From the NCBI GenBank assembly GCA_017616555.1, contig JAFZXZ010000017.1:26586-90585 (forward strand): DNA of 64,000 bases, given 5' to 3'. Below are positions 9,257-18,357 of the stretch, piece by piece. Both the position numbers and the translations under genes were made by a program. Source of the stretch: a bacterium (GTDB lineage Bacteria; Auribacterota; UBA3054). Numbering within the stretch: the stretch's first letter is position 1; every line of letters begins with the position of its first letter. Under the pieces are notes generated by a model. That model saw only the letters and a program-made list of their open reading frames with translations, was not told the DNA's origin and ran no database searches.

Positions 9257-10234
9257 ATGCGTCATATTTGTCTGCTGATACTGCTGACCGCGGCTCTGAT
9301 AGGCTGCCAGAAGAAGAAGGCCGAAAGCGCAGCCGCGCAAACGAGCGACCCCGTCGCCGTGAACGTCTTCGTGGACCGGCCGCAGGTCAGAGTGGGCGAC
9401 CTTGTGAAATACACCATCTCCGTCAACGCCCAGACCAACATCGACGTTCAGATGCCTGATTTCGCCGAGAACCTGGCGCCCATGGGCAGCCTCCTGATCC
9501 ACGACTGGGAGAACCTCCCGGAAGAAAAACTGCCGGGCGGCCGCGTCGTAAGGAAACAGACCTACGAGCTGGAGACCTATCTGACGGGCGTCTATGAGAT
9601 TCCGCCCGCGAAAGTGAATTTCGCCATTACGGGCCACACCAACACGCTCTATAGTTCCGCCCTCTGCGTAGAGGTCGTCTCCATCGCCAAGGAAGGCGAG
9701 ATGACCGACATCAGGGACATCAAGGGCGTGGTTGAGCTGCTTTTGAAGGAAAAGAACAGAACGAAGATCATCATAGTGCTAGCCTCCCTGGCCGCCGTCG
9801 CGCTAGTTCTGCTTCTCTGCCTCAGAAAGAAAAAAGAAGCATCCGCGCCCCCTCCCGTCCCGGCCCACGTCAAGGCTTACGCAGCCCTGGAGGCTCTCCT
9901 TGCCGAAGGGCTCCTGGAAAAAGAACTTTACAAAGAATATTTCAGCCGTCTCTCCATCGTCTTGAGAACTTACATTGAAGACCGCTTCGAGATCCGCGCT
10001 CCGGAACTCACCACGGAGGAATTCCTCGCCATCCTTAGGCAGGATCCCAAGTTCACCTACGAACAGAGGGAAATGCTCCGCTCCTTCCTCATGGAGTGCG
10101 ACATGATCAAATTCGCCAAGGGCGAGACCTCTCTTGAACTGGCGAAGGAAGCAACAAAGAACATCAAAAATTTCATCGAGCAGACAAAAGAGACCGCCGA
10201 ACAGAAAGAAGAAAAAGAAGGAGGAAAGCAATGA
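9257..10234 (+). CDS. Bat-operon conserved lipoprotein/membrane protein (BatD-like Ig domain plus TM helix)
   Basis: Lipobox-like ALIGC; DIRDIKG before the TM helix; LRTYIEDRFEIRAPELTTEEFL. Confidence 0.7.
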   Translation: MRHICLLILLTAALIGCQKKKAESAAAQTSDPVAVNVFVDRPQVRVGDLVKYTISVNAQTNIDVQMPDFAENLAPMGSLLIHDWENLPEEKLPGGRVVRKQTYELETYLTGVYEIPPAKVNFAITGHTNTLYSSALCVEVVSIAKEGEMTDIRDIKGVVELLLKEKNRTKIIIVLASLAAVALVLLLCLRKKKEASAPPPVPAHVKAYAALEALLAEGLLEKELYKEYFSRLSIVLRTYIEDRFEIRAPELTTEEFLAILRQDPKFTYEQREMLRSFLMECDMIKFAKGETSLELAKEATKNIKNFIEQTKETAEQKEEKEGGKQ

Positions 10235-11220
10235 TCCTTCACGACCCATATTGGCTCTTGCTTCTTTTGCTCATCCCTGTGATCCTTTGGGATGCGCTGA
10301 AAAAAACAGGCAAAGCCGGCGTCAGATACTCCGACATCAGCCTGCTTAAAAGAATAAGACCGACTTTAGCTGTCAGGCTCCGTCCCTTCATAGTCCTTTT
10401 GAGAGTGGCCGCCGTGGCATTACTGGCCATCGCTCTGGCCCGCCCTCAGAAAGGCAAAGAGGACACCAAAGTGACGACGGAAGGCATCGACATTATGCTG
10501 ACCATCGACACCTCCGGATCAATGATCGCGGAAGACCTGGCCAAGGACCGCAGCAGGCTTGACGTGGTGAAAGAAGTGACCGCCGACTTCATCAAGCATC
10601 GCTCCAGCGACAGGATCGGCCTCGTGGTTTACGGCGCCGACGCCTACACCCAGTGCCCCCTCACTCTGGACTACGGAACGCTTCTGACTCTCCTCGACCA
10701 GTGCGAGATCGGCATGGCCGACCAAAGCGCCACCGCCATCGGCGACGCGCTAGCCACAGCGCTTCTTAGGCTGAAAGACTCCAGCGTCACGAGCAGAGTG
10801 GTCGTCCTGCTGACCGACGGTATGAACAACGCCGGCAAAATGGCGCCCATGGCCGTCGCGCAGAGCGCCAAGGCTCTAGGCGTCAAGATCTACACGATAG
10901 GCGCCGGCACAAGGGGCATGGCGCCCGTTCCCGGCACCGACTTCTTCGGCCGCAAGATCCTCCAGCAGGTCCCTGTCGAGATCGACGAGGATCTTCTGAA
11001 GAACATCGCCAAGACCACAGGCGGCCAATATTTCCGCGCCACCGAGAAAGCCTCGCTTGAAAAGATCTATAAGGAAATAGATCAGCTCGAGAAGACCAAG
11101 ACGGAATCTCTGACCTACATGGAATGGATAGAAAGATTCCCGGGACTCGTCTTCGCGGCCGCCGCTCTGCTTATCATCGAAACTCTGCTTTTGGCTACCA
11201 GGTTCCAAAAACTGCCATAA
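10231..11220 (+). CDS. batA: BatA VWA-domain protein
   Basis: ALARPQ, MIDAS DTSGS, LLTDG; N- and C-terminal TM helices. Confidence 0.9.
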   Translation: MILHDPYWLLLLLLIPVILWDALKKTGKAGVRYSDISLLKRIRPTLAVRLRPFIVLLRVAAVALLAIALARPQKGKEDTKVTTEGIDIMLTIDTSGSMIAEDLAKDRSRLDVVKEVTADFIKHRSSDRIGLVVYGADAYTQCPLTLDYGTLLTLLDQCEIGMADQSATAIGDALATALLRLKDSSVTSRVVVLLTDGMNNAGKMAPMAVAQSAKALGVKIYTIGAGTRGMAPVPGTDFFGRKILQQVPVEIDEDLLKNIAKTTGGQYFRATEKASLEKIYKEIDQLEKTKTESLTYMEWIERFPGLVFAAAALLIIETLLLATRFQKLP

Positions 11221-11230
11221 GGAGAATATT

Positions 11231-12253
11231 ATGTACTTTGAAAAACTTTACTATATACACCTTCTCTGGATCGTTATAGCCCTGGCGCTCTTTTTGTTCT
11301 ACAGAGCGAGGAAAAGAAGATCCATGCTGGAACAGTTCGCCTCCAGGGAAATGCTCGACAAGCTTCTGACCAGAAGCGAGAGCGGGCGCCTCATTAAGAT
11401 CTTCCTCTTCCTTTTGGGCCTCACGTTCCTGGTGCTTGCGCTTATGGAGCCGAAGTGGGGCTACACCTGGGAAGAGATGAAGAGAGAAGGCCGCGACATC
11501 ATCGTCGCCGTGGACGTTTCCAGGAGCATGCTGGCCCAGGATATCGCGCCAAGCAGGCTTGAGCGCGCCAAGCGCGCTATCCTTGACCTTATGCAGATCA
11601 TGCAGGGCGACCGCATCGGCTTGGTCGCTTTCGCCGGCAGCGCTTTCGTGCAGTGCCCGCTTACCCTTGACTACGGCGCGGCGAAGATGTTTTTATCTGA
11701 ACTCGACCCTTCGCTCATTCCCAAGGGCGGAACGCAGATCGGCGAAGCCATAATAAAATCCGTCAACGCCTTCGAAGGCAATGAACGCAACACCAGGGCG
11801 CTGATACTTATAACAGACGGCGAGAACCTCCAGGGCGACCTCGACAACGCCATAAAAATGGCCAAGGAAAAAGGCATCAAGATCTTCTGCATCGGCATCG
11901 GAACGCCCAGCGGCAGCCCCATCCAGATAACGGATGAAAAGGGCCGCAAGACCTATATCACGGACCGCAGCGGCAACCAGGTGCTAAGCAAGCTCAACGA
12001 AGAAACACTCCAGAAGATCGCGCTGGAAACCGGCGGCGCCTACGCCCAGGCCGTCGCGTCCGGCCTGGAACTGGACGCCATCTATACGAAAAGGATCGCC
12101 AACATGGACACCAAAGAGCTCGATTCTTCCAAGAAGAAGCACTATGAGCACAGGTTCCAGTGGCCCTTGTGCGCCGCCTTCTTCTGCTTCTTTTTGCAGT
12201 CTTTAGTAAGCGAAGGCCAGAAAAAAACCGCCAAGGAAGGAGAAGCTGCATGA
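11231..12253 (+). CDS. batB: BatB VWA-domain protein
   Basis: DVSRSMLAQDIAPSRLERAK, GDRIGLVAFAG, LITDGE. Confidence 0.9.
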   Translation: MYFEKLYYIHLLWIVIALALFLFYRARKRRSMLEQFASREMLDKLLTRSESGRLIKIFLFLLGLTFLVLALMEPKWGYTWEEMKREGRDIIVAVDVSRSMLAQDIAPSRLERAKRAILDLMQIMQGDRIGLVAFAGSAFVQCPLTLDYGAAKMFLSELDPSLIPKGGTQIGEAIIKSVNAFEGNERNTRALILITDGENLQGDLDNAIKMAKEKGIKIFCIGIGTPSGSPIQITDEKGRKTYITDRSGNQVLSKLNEETLQKIALETGGAYAQAVASGLELDAIYTKRIANMDTKELDSSKKKHYEHRFQWPLCAAFFCFFLQSLVSEGQKKTAKEGEAA

Positions 12254-13899
12254 ATATGAAAAACATTCTTCTTATCTTCACCCTCTCGCTCTTAAGTTTC
12301 GCCGCTCCCCTTTACGCTGCGGAAAGCAAGGAACTCGCGGCTAAGATCAGCGAAGGCAACAAGGCTTTCCAGAACGGAAATTTTCAGGAGGCCGAACAAA
12401 AGTACGCCGACGCCCAGATAGACGCCCCCGACAATCCCGAGGCTAATTACAACGCCGGCTTGGCTTGCTACCGCCTGGAAAAATACGATGAGGCGATCTC
12501 CGCTTTCCAAAGAGCCGCCAGCGGCGCCTCCACTGAACTGGAAGCCAAATGCCACTACAACATCGGCAACTGCCTCTTCCGCCAGGGCAAATTAAAAGAA
12601 TCTCTCGAAAGCTACAAGCGCGCCAACGAACTCGACCGCGACGACGAGGACACCAAAGCCAACATCGAGTACGTTACAAGACTGATGAAGGAATTGGCCA
12701 GCCAACAGAAAGACGAGCAGGAAAAAGATCCCCTGCAGAAACTCCTTCGCGAGCTTGAAGCGCTGATCAGGGCGCAGAACATTACCCTCATCAAGACCGC
12801 GAAAAGCCTTGAAAAAGGTACTGACATCCCGCCCGACTTCTTGGGCGGAATCATGACGAACCAGTACGCCCATTCAGAAAAAGCCGACTATCTCATCGTC
12901 GGGTTCCAGGCCCTTTTCACCAACCTGCCGCCTGAAAGGCTGCAGTCAAGTGGCGAAGCGCCGGCAACCCAAGGCTTGGAAAAAACGCCGGAAAACGAAG
13001 CGCTCATCGCCCTCTACCAAACCTTCGCAAATGTGGGCCAGGGCCTCAGCCAGTGCATCCAGGGCGGCGTTCCCCAGACGGACGTCTTCCAGGCTTTGAG
13101 CAACCGCTTCCAGGAAGCCAGGGCGACGGCCGTCGGCCTCGTCTCGGAAAACATTTCGCCTTACGTCAACGACTTGTCCGGGCGCTGTGCGGAGGTCTTC
13201 AACAACTTCTACGACCTCTCCTGCGACCTCTCGCTCCTGGACGCCCCAGCCCTGAAGGAATGCGCCGACAAATTCAATGCCATCGGCCAGGAACTGGTCA
13301 AGGAACTGAAGTCCCGCAGCGGCCAGAAGGACGAATCTGAAGGCGAAGAGAGTGAAGGCGAAGGCGAGGAAAAAGAGGAAGCTCTGCCCGCCGCCAGCTC
13401 CAAAACGCTCGCCATGTGCATTACCAACGCCATAGAATATCTGAAGCTCGGCTCCGCTGCTAGCAAAACCGCTGAAGAAAAGCTGAAAAGCCTAATTACG
13501 GACGCGCCCACGAACCAGTTCGTCGCCCTGGACAATTTCATCAAGGCGAGAAAAGAGTTCGAAGACGACGACCAGAAGAACAACGAAAAGCAGCAGCAGA
13601 ATCAGCAGCAACAGCAGAACGACAATCAGAACCAGGATCAGCAGGATCAGCAGGATCAGAAAGATCAGCAGGACCAGGATCAGAATGAGAACCAGGACCA
13701 GAATCAGCAGCAACAGCAGCAAGAACAGCAGCAGGATCAAAACCAGGATCAGCAGCAGCAGGATCAGGAGAACAGCGAAGAGATGACCAAGGAACAGGCT
13801 GAACAGATGCTCCGCGCTTTCGAAGAGGATAATTCCGACAAAGAAAAGAACCGCAAGAAAATGCCGGGAGCGATCGTGCCTGTGGACAAAAACTGGTAA
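12250..13899 (+). CDS. batC: BatC-like TPR protein with a large helical insertion and Gln-rich tail
   Basis: ATG at 12250 overlaps the batB TGA; signal peptide, TPRs (YNAG, YNIGN), Q/D/N-rich tract, typical C-terminal VDKNW. Confidence 0.8.
   Translation: MNMKNILLIFTLSLLSFAAPLYAAESKELAAKISEGNKAFQNGNFQEAEQKYADAQIDAPDNPEANYNAGLACYRLEKYDEAISAFQRAASGASTELEAKCHYNIGNCLFRQGKLKESLESYKRANELDRDDEDTKANIEYVTRLMKELASQQKDEQEKDPLQKLLRELEALIRAQNITLIKTAKSLEKGTDIPPDFLGGIMTNQYAHSEKADYLIVGFQALFTNLPPERLQSSGEAPATQGLEKTPENEALIALYQTFANVGQGLSQCIQGGVPQTDVFQALSNRFQEARATAVGLVSENISPYVNDLSGRCAEVFNNFYDLSCDLSLLDAPALKECADKFNAIGQELVKELKSRSGQKDESEGEESEGEGEEKEEALPAASSKTLAMCITNAIEYLKLGSAASKTAEEKLKSLITDAPTNQFVALDNFIKARKEFEDDDQKNNEKQQQNQQQQQNDNQNQDQQDQQDQKDQQDQDQNENQDQNQQQQQQEQQQDQNQDQQQQDQENSEEMTKEQAEQMLRAFEEDNSDKEKNRKKMPGAIVPVDKNW
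13573..13775 (+). repeat. Low-complexity CAG/CAGGAT repeats encoding a Gln/Asp/Asn tract in batC
   Basis: Repeated cagcag/caggatcag units visible in the DNA. Confidence 0.85.
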
Positions 13900-13910
13900 A
13901 ATATCTCCCT

Positions 13911-15692
13911 ATGAAAAACACGATGAAAATAAAAGTCTTTTTCCTAACCATTATGCTGGCAATAGGCGCGCTGGCCGAAGTCAAAGTCTCGGCCACGTGC
14001 AGCCGCAAAGCCATCAGCATGGATGAATCGCTGCGCTACACCGTAACGGTGGAGAACGCCAAGAACGCCTCTCCCCCGCAATTGGGCGAGATGGACGGCT
14101 TTCGCGTGATCATGGGGCCCAGCCAGAGCAGCAACATCTCCATAGTGAACGGAGTGCAGTCTTCCTCCCAGGAATTCAGCTACGAACTGCAGGCAGTTAA
14201 GACAGGCAAACTGACGATCGGAGAAGCGAAGATCAAAGCCGACGGCAAGACTTACAATCTGCCGAAGATAACGATCGATGTTTCAGAAGCGAGGAAAAGC
14301 TCCGCCAACTCCCCCGCCACCACGGAAACGGGCGGCGAACTCTTCCTGGAACTGGACGCCAGCACCACTAATACTTTCGTAGGCGAACAGATCTTCCTGA
14401 CGATCACGCTCTACTATAAAGACCTCAATCTCTCCGGCGCCAACCAGCCGGAACTGCAATTCGCGGGCTTCAACGCCCAGGACATCGGCAATTACCAGCA
14501 GGACCGCCAGCGCTACCGCGGCCAGATCTACAACTACCTGCGCTTCCAGAAACTCATAATCCCCCTGAAAGCCGGCAAACTCTCGCTCGGGCCCGCCAAC
14601 ATGCGGGTGTCTGTGAACGTTCCCGTATCCAGAAGAAGCCGCTCAAGGGATCCCTTTGACGATCCTTTCAGCTTTTTCCAGAACTACCGCACCGTTGAGA
14701 AGAACGTCGTTTCCGAACCGCTTGTTTTCAACGTTAAAAATCTGCCGACTCAGAACAAGCCGAAAGATTTCAAAGGCGCCGTCGGGCGTTTCGCCCTGGA
14801 CGCCGACGTCACGCCCAAGAAAGTCAAGGAAGGCGAACCTGTCACGCTTAAATTAACTTTGACAGGCATCGGCAACATCGACCAGGCCATGGTCGATCTT
14901 TCCAGCACCAACGTTACTGGCTTCACGGTTTACGATCCTGTAGTGGACAAGAAGACGAGCGTTTCGGACGGTGTGCTGAAGGGCATCAAAAATTACAGCC
15001 AAATGTGGGTGCCCTTGAGCGCTGACATAAAAGAACTGCCCGCCGTCTCCTTCTCATATTTCGACACCGCCAAAAACGATTACCAGACTCTTACCGCCGG
15101 GCCATTCCCCTTAACTGTGGAAAAATCCGCCCAGAGCCAGAAGGTGACGGTCTCTGAAGCAATTCCCGTGCAGAGAGGCGGCTCCCCCACCATCAAGATC
15201 TTAAACCAGGATATCTTCGGCATCAAACTGGAACGCGGTGAAGACGCCTTGTCCTCCATACGCGACAAGCGCCTGCTCGTCATAGCCGCCATGCTTCCGC
15301 CGGTCATATTCCTACTCTGCGCCCTTATCGCCTACAAGCGCAGTAAAGAGGAAGACCCGAGCTTCAAGAGAAAAAGCCAGGCCTACTCGATTGCCGAGCA
15401 GAACTTGAAGAAAGCGAAAAAACTCAAAGGCAAGCCGGAAGCTATCAAGGAATTCTGCGGCTATCTCTCGGCCGCCCTCAACGACTACGTCGCCGACACC
15501 CTGGATCTCCCCAAGGGCTCCATCAGCGCCGACACCATAGAGGACGCCAAACTGAAAAAAGACTGGCAGGATCTCATGACAAGGATAGAAATGGCGCGCT
15601 TCGCCGGCAACTACGGACCCAAGTGCGATAACGACCAATTGCTTAGTGACACCTCCATCCTCTTGAAAGAATTAAGGAGGACTTTGAAATGA
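13911..15692 (+). CDS. batD: BatD protein
   Basis: Signal peptide, GPSQSSNISIVNG, FKGAVGRF, SFSYFDT, C-terminal TM helix. Confidence 0.88.
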   Translation: MKNTMKIKVFFLTIMLAIGALAEVKVSATCSRKAISMDESLRYTVTVENAKNASPPQLGEMDGFRVIMGPSQSSNISIVNGVQSSSQEFSYELQAVKTGKLTIGEAKIKADGKTYNLPKITIDVSEARKSSANSPATTETGGELFLELDASTTNTFVGEQIFLTITLYYKDLNLSGANQPELQFAGFNAQDIGNYQQDRQRYRGQIYNYLRFQKLIIPLKAGKLSLGPANMRVSVNVPVSRRSRSRDPFDDPFSFFQNYRTVEKNVVSEPLVFNVKNLPTQNKPKDFKGAVGRFALDADVTPKKVKEGEPVTLKLTLTGIGNIDQAMVDLSSTNVTGFTVYDPVVDKKTSVSDGVLKGIKNYSQMWVPLSADIKELPAVSFSYFDTAKNDYQTLTAGPFPLTVEKSAQSQKVTVSEAIPVQRGGSPTIKILNQDIFGIKLERGEDALSSIRDKRLLVIAAMLPPVIFLLCALIAYKRSKEEDPSFKRKSQAYSIAEQNLKKAKKLKGKPEAIKEFCGYLSAALNDYVADTLDLPKGSISADTIEDAKLKKDWQDLMTRIEMARFAGNYGPKCDNDQLLSDTSILLKELRRTLK

Positions 15693-16456
15693 AAAAGATC
15701 CTGACATTGCTTTTCATCGTAGCTTTTGCAGTCGCGGCTAAAGCGAGTTCGTTTGAAGCCGCGAAGTATTTCGCCCAGGGCAATTCCGCTTACACGAACC
15801 AGAATTACCAGGAAGCGATCGCTTGCTACACGCGCTCCGCAAAAGAAGGCCTCTCCTCCCCCGCTTTGAGCTACAATCTCGCCAACGCTTATTATAAGTC
15901 CGGCGACCTTGGCAACGCCATCGCCTGCTACAGAAGAGCCGAGCTTTTCGCCCCCAGGGACGCCGACACTTCCGCCAATCTTTCCCGCGCTTTGAGCCAG
16001 ACCGAGGACAACATCGCGAGGAAGGAAGTCCCCTCCGCCATAAGGTCCTTCTTCTTCCTCTACTTCTACCTCGGGATCATGGAGCAGCTGACGGTCGCCA
16101 TTGTTTCCTGGATCATAGGCTGGTTTGCGCTTTCCGTTTTCATCGTTTCAAGAAAGCCCGGCCTCAGGAGCGCCATGAAAAAATTCGCGATCTTCTTCTT
16201 CATCGTCGCAGCGCTCTTTTCGGCCTCCTTTCTCCACAAATACTACGACGCTTCGCACCAGGGCGTGATAGTTGCGGAGGAAGCAAGGATCCACGCCGGA
16301 CCCGACGCCTCTTACACCGAGATCTTCGTTTTGAAGAACGGTTCGGAAGTGAAGGTGACAGGCTTTGAAGGCAATTGGGTGAAGATCCTGGTCAGCCAGG
16401 AGGAAGGAAGCCAGGCCGGCTGGCTGGAAAGCAGCCAGATAAAAACGATCCTCTGA
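15689..16456 (+). CDS. batE: BatE (TPR plus SH3-like) protein
   Basis: YNLANAYYKSGDLGNAIACYRRA TPR, two TM helices, C-terminal SH3b-like WVKI...GWL. Confidence 0.85.
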   Translation: MKKILTLLFIVAFAVAAKASSFEAAKYFAQGNSAYTNQNYQEAIACYTRSAKEGLSSPALSYNLANAYYKSGDLGNAIACYRRAELFAPRDADTSANLSRALSQTEDNIARKEVPSAIRSFFFLYFYLGIMEQLTVAIVSWIIGWFALSVFIVSRKPGLRSAMKKFAIFFFIVAALFSASFLHKYYDASHQGVIVAEEARIHAGPDASYTEIFVLKNGSEVKVTGFEGNWVKILVSQEEGSQAGWLESSQIKTIL

Positions 16457-16461
16457 TAAAG

Positions 16462-16494
16462 AAAAAACGCGCGCCTTGCGGCGCGCGTTTTTTT
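16462..16494. terminator. Bidirectional Rho-independent terminator (batE / metY)
   Basis: A6-CGCGCGCC-TTGC-GGCGCGCG-T7. Confidence 0.85.
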
Positions 16495-16515
16495 GTTTTC
16501 GCGTTTCAGGCTTTC

Positions 16516-17874
16516 TTATTTGTTTTCGAAAGCCTGCTTGAGGTCGGCGATGATATCGTTCACGTCCTCAAGACCGACGGACAATCTGATAAGCCCGACA
16601 GGGATGCCGGCGGCTTCGAGCTGCTCGTCCGTCAGCTGACGGTGCGTATGGCTCGCAGGATGCAGCACGATCGTCCTGTTTTCAGCCACGTGCGTTTCCA
16701 CACCGATGAACCTGAAGCGGTCGATGAACTCGGAGGCTTCCTTGCGGCCGCCCTTCACGCGGAAAGCGATGACGCCGCTGCAACCGTTGGGCAGATACTT
16801 CTTGGCGAGCTCGTAGTCCGGGCTGCTCTTAAGGCCGGGATAGTTGATCCATTCGACTTCCGGTCTGGATTCCAGGAATTCCGCGACTTTCTGGGCGTTC
16901 TCGGAGTGCCTGGGCATACGAAGATGCAGCGTCTCAAGACCGTGGTTGAGCAAGAAGGCGTTCATGGGACCCTGCTGGGCGCCGATGTCTCTCATGAGCT
17001 GGGCCACCAGTTTTATAGTATAGGCCAGTTTGCCGAAAGCCTTGGTATAAGTGAGGCCGTGATAGCTCTCGTCCGGAGTGGTGAGACCGGGGAACTTGTC
17101 AGCGTGCTTGTCCCAGTCGAAGTTGCCGCTATCGATGACAATGCCGCCGGTCGCGCAGGCATGGCCGTCAAGATACTTCGTGGTAGAGTGGATGACGATG
17201 TCGCAGCCGAACTCGATAGGACGGCAGTTGATGGGCGTCGGGAAGGTGTTGTCAACGATCAAAGGCACGCCGTGCTTGTGGGCGATGCGAGCGAATTTCT
17301 CGATATCCAGGACTTTCACGTTGGGGTTCGTCAAAGTTTCGCCGAAGACCGCCTTGGTGTTGGGACGGAAATATTTGTCCAATTCTTCTTCGGGCAGGTC
17401 CTGATCCACCAGTTCCACTTCGATGCCGAGTTTTTTCATGGTGACCACGAAAAGGTTCAGCGTTCCGCCGTAGATGGAAGCGGAGCTGATGACATGGTCG
17501 CCCGCGGAGGCGATGTTGAAGATGGAGAAGAAACTGGCCGCCTGGCCGGAAGCGGTCAGAACGCCGGCGATGCCGCCTTCCAGGTCGGCGATCTTGTTGG
17601 CGACCACGTCGTCGGTCGGATTCTGCAGTCTGGTGTAAAAGTAACCGGAGGCTTCCAGATCGAAAAGCTTACCCATCTCTTCGCTGGTGGCGTAGCGCCA
17701 GGTCGTGCTCTGGAAAATGGGCAGAGCCCTGGGGCCGCCGTTGGCCGGCTGCCAGCCGCCCTGGGTGCAGATGGTGGCGAGGCTGTATTCCTTGTTGCTG
17801 AGTTTCTTGTAACCGCCGCCGATGCAGGGGATGTCGAACTTGGGGTTCAGAAGGGGGTTTTCATTGTCGTTCAT
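16516..17874 (-). CDS. metY: O-acetylhomoserine aminocarboxypropyltransferase / cysteine synthase family
   Basis: YTRLQNPT, ASGQAA, IVDNTF, HSTTKY (PLP lysine), HPASHTHRQL, LIRLSVGLE. Confidence 0.9.
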   Translation of the reverse strand: MNDNENPLLNPKFDIPCIGGGYKKLSNKEYSLATICTQGGWQPANGGPRALPIFQSTTWRYATSEEMGKLFDLEASGYFYTRLQNPTDDVVANKIADLEGGIAGVLTASGQAASFFSIFNIASAGDHVISSASIYGGTLNLFVVTMKKLGIEVELVDQDLPEEELDKYFRPNTKAVFGETLTNPNVKVLDIEKFARIAHKHGVPLIVDNTFPTPINCRPIEFGCDIVIHSTTKYLDGHACATGGIVIDSGNFDWDKHADKFPGLTTPDESYHGLTYTKAFGKLAYTIKLVAQLMRDIGAQQGPMNAFLLNHGLETLHLRMPRHSENAQKVAEFLESRPEVEWINYPGLKSSPDYELAKKYLPNGCSGVIAFRVKGGRKEASEFIDRFRFIGVETHVAENRTIVLHPASHTHRQLTDEQLEAAGIPVGLIRLSVGLEDVNDIIADLKQAFENK

Positions 17875-17922
17875 GGTGGACCTCTTAAGTTAAAGGTTAT
17901 ATTGTATATATATTAGGCAAAT

Positions 17923-17973
17923 AAAAAGCCGCACAAGATTGTCCTGCTTGCGCGGGCAAAACTTGTGCGGCTT
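17923..17973 (-). terminator. Long-stem terminator downstream of rpsT
   Basis: AAGCCGCACAAG...CTTGTGCGGCTT stem, GCAA loop on the minus strand, followed by a T run. Confidence 0.7.
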
Positions 17974-17995
17974 AAATGGTGCTTATATGAGGCAA

Positions 17996-18256
17996 TCAGG
18001 CTTTCTCGGCCTGGATCTTGTTGGCGCGTTTCGTTAAGCGGGAAATACGACGGCTGGCGGCCTTGCGATGAATGACGCCCAGCTGAGCGGCTTTCGCAAC
18101 CGTGGAGACGGCGCTGCGCAGATCTTTCTCGAGATCTTTGCTCTCGGGAGAGACTTTCTTGGACATGGTCTTCACGCGGGACTTGACCTGCGTGTTGCGT
18201 TCCTGACGTACGGCAGCCTGTTTGAGGCTTTTGACGCGATGCTGATGTGAAGGCAT
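17996..18256 (-). CDS. rpsT: 30S ribosomal protein S20
   Basis: RNTQVKSRVKT, GVIHRKAASRRISRL. Confidence 0.9.
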   Translation of the reverse strand: MPSHQHRVKSLKQAAVRQERNTQVKSRVKTMSKKVSPESKDLEKDLRSAVSTVAKAAQLGVIHRKAASRRISRLTKRANKIQAEKA

Positions 18257-18357
18257 AAATGAACTTGGTTTTAAATTAGATTGATTCGGTTAATTTCAAA
18301 ATGTGCCGACTATGTTATCACAACAGTTGGCAAAAATCAAGGGTGCTTAACTTAGCC

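Noticed and set aside
17880-17990. Possible SAM riboswitch upstream of metY
   Set aside because: No SAM-I or SAM-II core motifs seen; the hairpin is explained as the rpsT terminator
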